Shown piece by piece: positions 60,226 through 64,000 of a stretch of 64,000 nt of DNA. This DNA comes from Chiloscyllium plagiosum (Eukaryota). The notes under the pieces were generated by a model, which did no database searches, was not told the origin of the DNA, and saw nothing but the letters and a program-made list of their open reading frames with translations. Location of the stretch: assembly GCF_004010195.1 (NCBI RefSeq), contig NC_057753.1, positions 6,075,520 through 6,139,519 on the forward strand, read 5' to 3'. Positions within the stretch are counted from its first letter, which is position 1; every line of letters begins with the position of its first letter. The position numbers were made by a program, and so were the translations under genes.

Positions 60226-60406
60226 ATGGATCTGAATCCGAGGACAATCGACTTGAATATTACAACAATGGGCAGAGGGTTATCCTTATATGTCTGCCTT
60301 TTTACTACATTATATGATTGGCAGTCATTATCATGGCGGATAGAATATGCTCTTTACATTACTCAATGTTTTTATTATCCCATCCTGGCTATCATTGGTT
60401 TTCCTG
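60226..60406 (+). CDS. First coding exon of a GPR139/GPR142-like class A GPCR (N-terminus and first part of TM1); the rest is not seen in the window
   Basis: MDLNPRTIDLNITT...IEYALYITQCFYYPILAIIGFP followed by the consensus donor G|GTAAGT (phase 1). The YYP.LA..G.P TM1 motif is typical of this family; N-glycosylation sequon NIT; ACAATGG Kozak context. Confidence 0.72.
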
Positions 60407-61144
60407 GTAAGTCTAACCACCTTTTTTTTATAAACTGTGTTTATCCCTGTCCTTTAGCATTATTGTCCTTATCATTTACTGTGTCCTCCTTACTGCTCTT
60501 GTTCAGTTGAGATCCTGTAGCCAGTTTTTCACTCTGTGAACCATTACTGACTGTATTGGTGAATTTCTTCATTAGCTTTTTCTGTCTGTGCTTCGGGCAG
60601 TATGCTGTCTAAGTCTCTTAGTTCAGCCCTTTGTTTCTGCCGTAAGCCATGATTCATTGTATTTCTGCCCTTGTTATATAAATACTGAGAACACAGTGGT
60701 CAGCGTCGTCTGTTGCAGTCACAAACTGCATTCCCTTCCTCTGACTTGATCCCATACCTGGCCAATATCTGTCACATTAACAGTGTGGCCATAACTTTGA
60801 TGATCCCGTTGACACTAGGTTGTATGCTGACCTCATGTCCTGACTATTTCTACTGCAATCTACCATCACTTTCGGAAAATAATTCACGGGATCAATCCAT
60901 CTGCTATGTAAACCCTGAATTGTGAAACCCAGTCTCAATAACCCCAAGAGTCTGCTGGCTATGTTCCCAGTTTCAAAGCTGCATTAGTTAATTTCAGTCA
61001 AACTTCATTGTCACGCACCCTAACTCTCTCTAAAATCCATTTCACCCATCATTCATGTGAGCACTGATCTATATTGGTATGCACAGGCAATGCCTTTGCT
61101 TTAATATTCTCAGACATGTGATCACATCTGTTCATGACATACAG

Positions 61145-61505
61145 CCATATAGTCATAGAGATGAATAGCACAGAAACAGGCCCTTTGCTCCAACTTGCTC
61201 ATGCCGATCAAATATCCCAACACAATTTAGTCCCACTTGCCAGCACCCAATCAATATCCTTCCAACCCTTCCTATTAATATACCCACCCAGATGCCTTTT
61301 AAATGTTGCAATTGTCCCAGCCTCCACCACTTCCTCTGGCAACTCATTCCATACACGTACCACCATTTGCGTGAAAAAAAATGCCCCTTAGATTCCTTTT
61401 ATATCTTTCTCCTCTCACCCTGAAATTATGTCCTTGAGTTCGGGATTCCCCCACCTCGGAAAAAAAAACTGGTCTATTTACTCTATTCATGCCCCTCATG
61501 ATCTA
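61145..61505 (-). mobile_element. CR1 3' fragment in the GPCR intron
   Basis: Reverse complement of the CR1 tail (gtatggaatgagttgccagaggaagtggtggaggc). Confidence 0.85.
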
Positions 61506-63239
61506 TGCTCCCCTCCCCACCACAACCATCTGTTTGTACCAGTTACCCAGACCTCTCGTTACTGTTCGTGTTTCAATTGATTCCCACTGTGCAAAATAGT
61601 TTATGTCCAACAGTAATTTTCACATCTGCAACCTTCTACTGCCACCCGCCCTGCCTCACCACTCCTTGCATTATATTGTTGCAATGGAGATATACACTAG
61701 TGGGGGACCCAATTCCTGTCACAGTTAGCATTGGCTACAAATTTCCCCACGCTCAGCAGCTATCTAGGGCAGGTAAATTAGGCAATGCACAGGCAAAAGG
61801 AGCAACACTCTGCGGGGTAGATACTACAGTTTACTGAGCATTATACTCATTTAGTCTGAGTAGTTAACAGTAACATCAGAGACCTCATATTGAGCTGATA
61901 ACTTGTAACAGTTTATGATGTCTTGGCTGGTTTCGTGAAGTGAATCAAAAATGTGATCAAGCCAACAATTTTAACTCATCAAGCCATGCATTAGTTAATG
62001 CTCCCAGTCTTCGGATTAAACCATGCATGTTTTCGCTACTCTAGATAATTCCATTCTCCTCACTGTTCCCCATAGTTCTCCAACTTGTTCCTGTTTAAGT
62101 AGTTATCTGCTTCTCTTTTTGTTGGGAACTTATGTCCCTCTGTATCTTTCGCTGGCCTTGGTTTGTTTTGGCTACCTCACGTAGCTCTGGAACAATGCAG
62201 TGGTGTGCAGCAGGCTGCCGTTCATTTCCCCGTGTATCCCATGTGGTGCACTGTTTTGGACGGGGGTTTCAGTGGCTTTGATTCAAGTCTTTGAAACTTG
62301 GTCTGTGCCTGTCCACTGAGCACCTGTGCCCATGTTTTGCTGATCATAAGTTCAGCAACAGGAGAAAGTATGGTTCAAAAAAACAAGCATTTGACTTGTC
62401 AATGAGATTTTGATCGACTCTGGGTTTTTGAAAAACTTAGAGGTGCTGGGTTTGCTAGAAGTGGTGCTGCGAACTGCTTCAGACATCTAGGGAGATCTGA
62501 GGATTTGGAATTCCAACTCTGGATGGTGAATGGGCCCTGTAGTTAGAGCATCTGTGTCTTTAATACATACAACAAACAACGCAGAGGCTGCAGAGATGAG
62601 AAAACACCAAGTGAGTATGTGTGGGAATGGAGTTCTGTCATATCCACCCTGGGTTTTCGAAGAACAGCTTTGTAAACTACTCTAAATCCAGCAGCAGAGT
62701 GCGAAGTGACCCTGAGGCAAAAAAAAAACGTTAATCCCAGAGCAATTGCACCTACTTCAGTACAACCATCAACTTCACACCAGGGTTAGGATGATGCTGC
62801 CAATGGCTATTGGACTTAATTTGGTTGAGATTCTTTTATCTGGAACTTATCAGTCAGCAATGGATCACATATCTATCTTCCCCCAGTATGTTGACTTTGC
62901 TGTATGCAATTGATAGCAGAAGATATACCAAGTGGATGAGGTTAATGCAATATATTTTGCCTTAGTAGGTACATCATGTTGGTGAATGGCCTCTTTATGC
63001 CTAAGCAGTCATCCATTCCCATTTTCTGGCCTCCACATAGAAAGACAGGATGGCTTCTTGGATAAACGCTGCACACTTGATGCGTAGCTCTAAATATAAT
63101 TCCCCTCACCGGTCTCCATGCCAACTAACTGCATCAGTATATCCTGTGTGCACTCAGAGCAATGGAACCATTGGGAACATCAGGGAGATGGAGCAACAGG
63201 TCTGATATCTGGACTGATTAGAGTGAACCCTCCAGTATA

Positions 63240-63541
63240 CACTGTACCAACCAGGGACCAGGATTTGATTCCTGTCTCATGCGACTGTCTGTGTGGAGTT
63301 TGCACATTCTCCCTGTGTCTCTGTGGGTTTCCTCCCACAGTACAACGATTCACAAGTTAGGTGAATTAGGCATGCTAAATTGCCCTTAGTCTTCAGGGAT
63401 AAATAGCTTAGGTGCATTAGTCAGGGGAAATGTAGAGTAGTAGAGGAATGGGTCCGGGTGGGATACTCTTCAGAGTGTCGATGTGGACTTGTTAGACCAA
63501 ATGACCTATTTCCACACCGGAAGGATTCTATGATTCTATGA
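63240..63541 (+). mobile_element. Degenerate HE1-type V-SINE
   Basis: V-domain gactgtctgtgtggagtttgcacattctccc; (GATTCTAT)2 tail. Confidence 0.8.
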
Positions 63542-64000
63542 TGTAGTCCGTCTGACAAATTGTTGTCCATTGACTAACCTGTCTATATCCATTTACAGAC
63601 TGTCCACTACCTCTAGAGAATTCCACTCCCTGCATATGTAAGTGTCACCACCAAATTTAGTTACAATGCACCTGTTCCATTCATCCAAATTATTGATATA
63701 GATTGCAAATATTTGAGGATCCAACTGTGTGATTCCATTGGCTATGTTCTGTCAAATTGGTAAATGCTGATTTATCTCTAATGTTTGCTTATGTTTGATA
63801 ACCAGTCCTCCCTCTATTTCTGTGTCGCACATCTGAAGGGCTGAATGTTTCATTGAAACTATGAGATCAAGGTGAATAATCAGCATTTCAGCCCCTCAAG
63901 CCTCTGTGATATTTAATATGATCATGGTTGATCTCACCGTGACCTCAGTTCCACTTTGCTCCCCACTCACCACAACACTTCATTTACTCAATAATCCAAG

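Noticed and set aside
60407..60510. C-terminal hydrophobic part of ORF 60226-60510 as a second TM helix
   Set aside because: It lies after the GTAAGT donor in T-rich intron sequence.

Overview
Repeat-rich vertebrate DNA. The HE1-type V-SINEs, CR1 LINEs and GPR139-like exon point to a cartilaginous fish (shark); this is an inference from the repeat and gene families. Two host genes are visible. One is an intact 20-finger C2H2 zinc-finger ORF on the minus strand (12689-14374), probably transcribed from a bidirectional CpG-island promoter near 26.8-27.8 kb across an intron that holds a ~6.8 kb array of 35-bp repeats. The other is the first coding exon of a GPR139/142-like GPCR (60226-60406). The rest is mostly mobile DNA: CR1 and L2 LINE fragments, a single-ORF LINE with a tRNA-like head, Gmr1-type Gypsy relics with a SCAN-like gag, solo LTRs, HE1 SINEs and four Penelope-like families. 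The most notable non-coding signal is a set of minimal hammerhead ribozyme motifs carried by all four Penelope families, including short fold-back elements with 12-16 bp target duplications. One intact hammerhead lies in sense orientation just past the ZNF poly(A) signal. Two 44-bp minisatellite arrays face each other in inverted orientation (44.1 and 50.0 kb). There are two assembly gaps. Everything was read by eye, with no searches or folding runs, so repeat boundaries are approximate.
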